From NCBI GenBank assembly GCA_000004985.1, contig GG738856.1: a stretch of DNA of 64,000 bases; one strand, 5' to 3'. Below, piece after piece: positions 63,877 to 64,000 of the stretch. The notes under the pieces are model-generated. The model was not told the origin of the DNA and did no database searches. It saw only the letters and a list, made by a program, of their open reading frames with translations. Numbering within the stretch: the stretch's first letter is position 1; the number at the start of each line of letters is the position of its first letter. This stretch comes from Naegleria gruberi (Eukaryota). The translations under genes were made by a program, and so were the position numbers.

Positions 63877-63975
63877 ATATTTAATTACTTTTCAAAATAG
63901 TTCCAAGAAAGTAATTTTTAATTTACTTTCTAAAAATAGGCAAATTAATTTTCTTAACTTTTTAATCAAAAAAAA

Positions 63976-64000
63976 ATGCAAGACTTGAAAATTGGTACTT
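63976..64000 (+). CDS. Possible 5' end of a gene truncated by the window edge
   Basis: ATG preceded by the caaaaaaaa A-run typical of starts in this window. Only 8 codons are visible (MQDLKIGT). Confidence 0.3.

Noticed and set aside
1-64000. Prokaryotic-style systems (operons, CRISPR arrays, defence islands, IS elements)
   Set aside because: Spliceosomal introns, eukaryote-specific gene families (PP6, Tim9, PNGase, Rho with CAAX, PTS1 protease) and monocistronic divergent or convergent layout show this is eukaryotic nuclear DNA. No repeat-spacer array or terminal inverted repeats were seen.

Overview
This window looks like AT-rich, gene-dense eukaryotic nuclear DNA, not prokaryotic sequence. 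G+C is roughly one third by eye; I did not compute it. I support about 36 protein-coding genes on both strands, with intergenic spacers usually under 500 bp. I reconstructed 14 very short spliceosomal introns of 40-93 nt by hand. Most have GTAAGT or GTATGT donors and YAG acceptors, and each restores the reading frame or a conserved motif. Start codons are typically preceded by an A-run (AAAAAAATG). I found no rRNA, tRNA, CRISPR array or clear transposon.

The gene content suggests a free-living protist, possibly a Naegleria-like heterolobosean. It includes receptor-type class III cyclases with PAS domains, kinase-TPR proteins, NHL and BTB proteins, mitochondrial and peroxisomal genes, and Q/N/S/T-rich tails. 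The taxon is inference only.

Confident calls:
- PP6-type phosphatase
- proline dehydrogenase
- Tim9
- peptide:N-glycanase
- Tysnd1/Deg15-like peroxisomal protease ending in SKL
- phosducin-like protein
- Alba-domain protein
- metallophosphoesterase
- two tandem fatty-acid-hydroxylase paralogs
- a PAS-containing adenylate cyclase

Most interesting observations:
1. A 255-bp tract that is about 98% identical lies in inverted orientation inside two otherwise diverged, head-to-head kinase-TPR paralogs. This looks like a gene-conversion tract.
2. The PNGase core is fused to an L-type (legume-like) lectin domain and a PUL-like domain.
3. An orphan 844-aa protein combines a P-loop NTPase, a PD-(D/E)xK-like motif and a helix-hairpin-helix motif.
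4. Two receptor cyclases are transcribed divergently, and one has a degenerate catalytic domain.
5. A 2OG-oxygenase-like protein has the HxD motif replaced by C-T-D.
6. Two genes carry apparent frameshifts, and an N-gap lies inside a coding gene.
7. Several convergent genes have stop codons that overlap or abut.

All homology calls come from motif recognition by eye. No database search was run.
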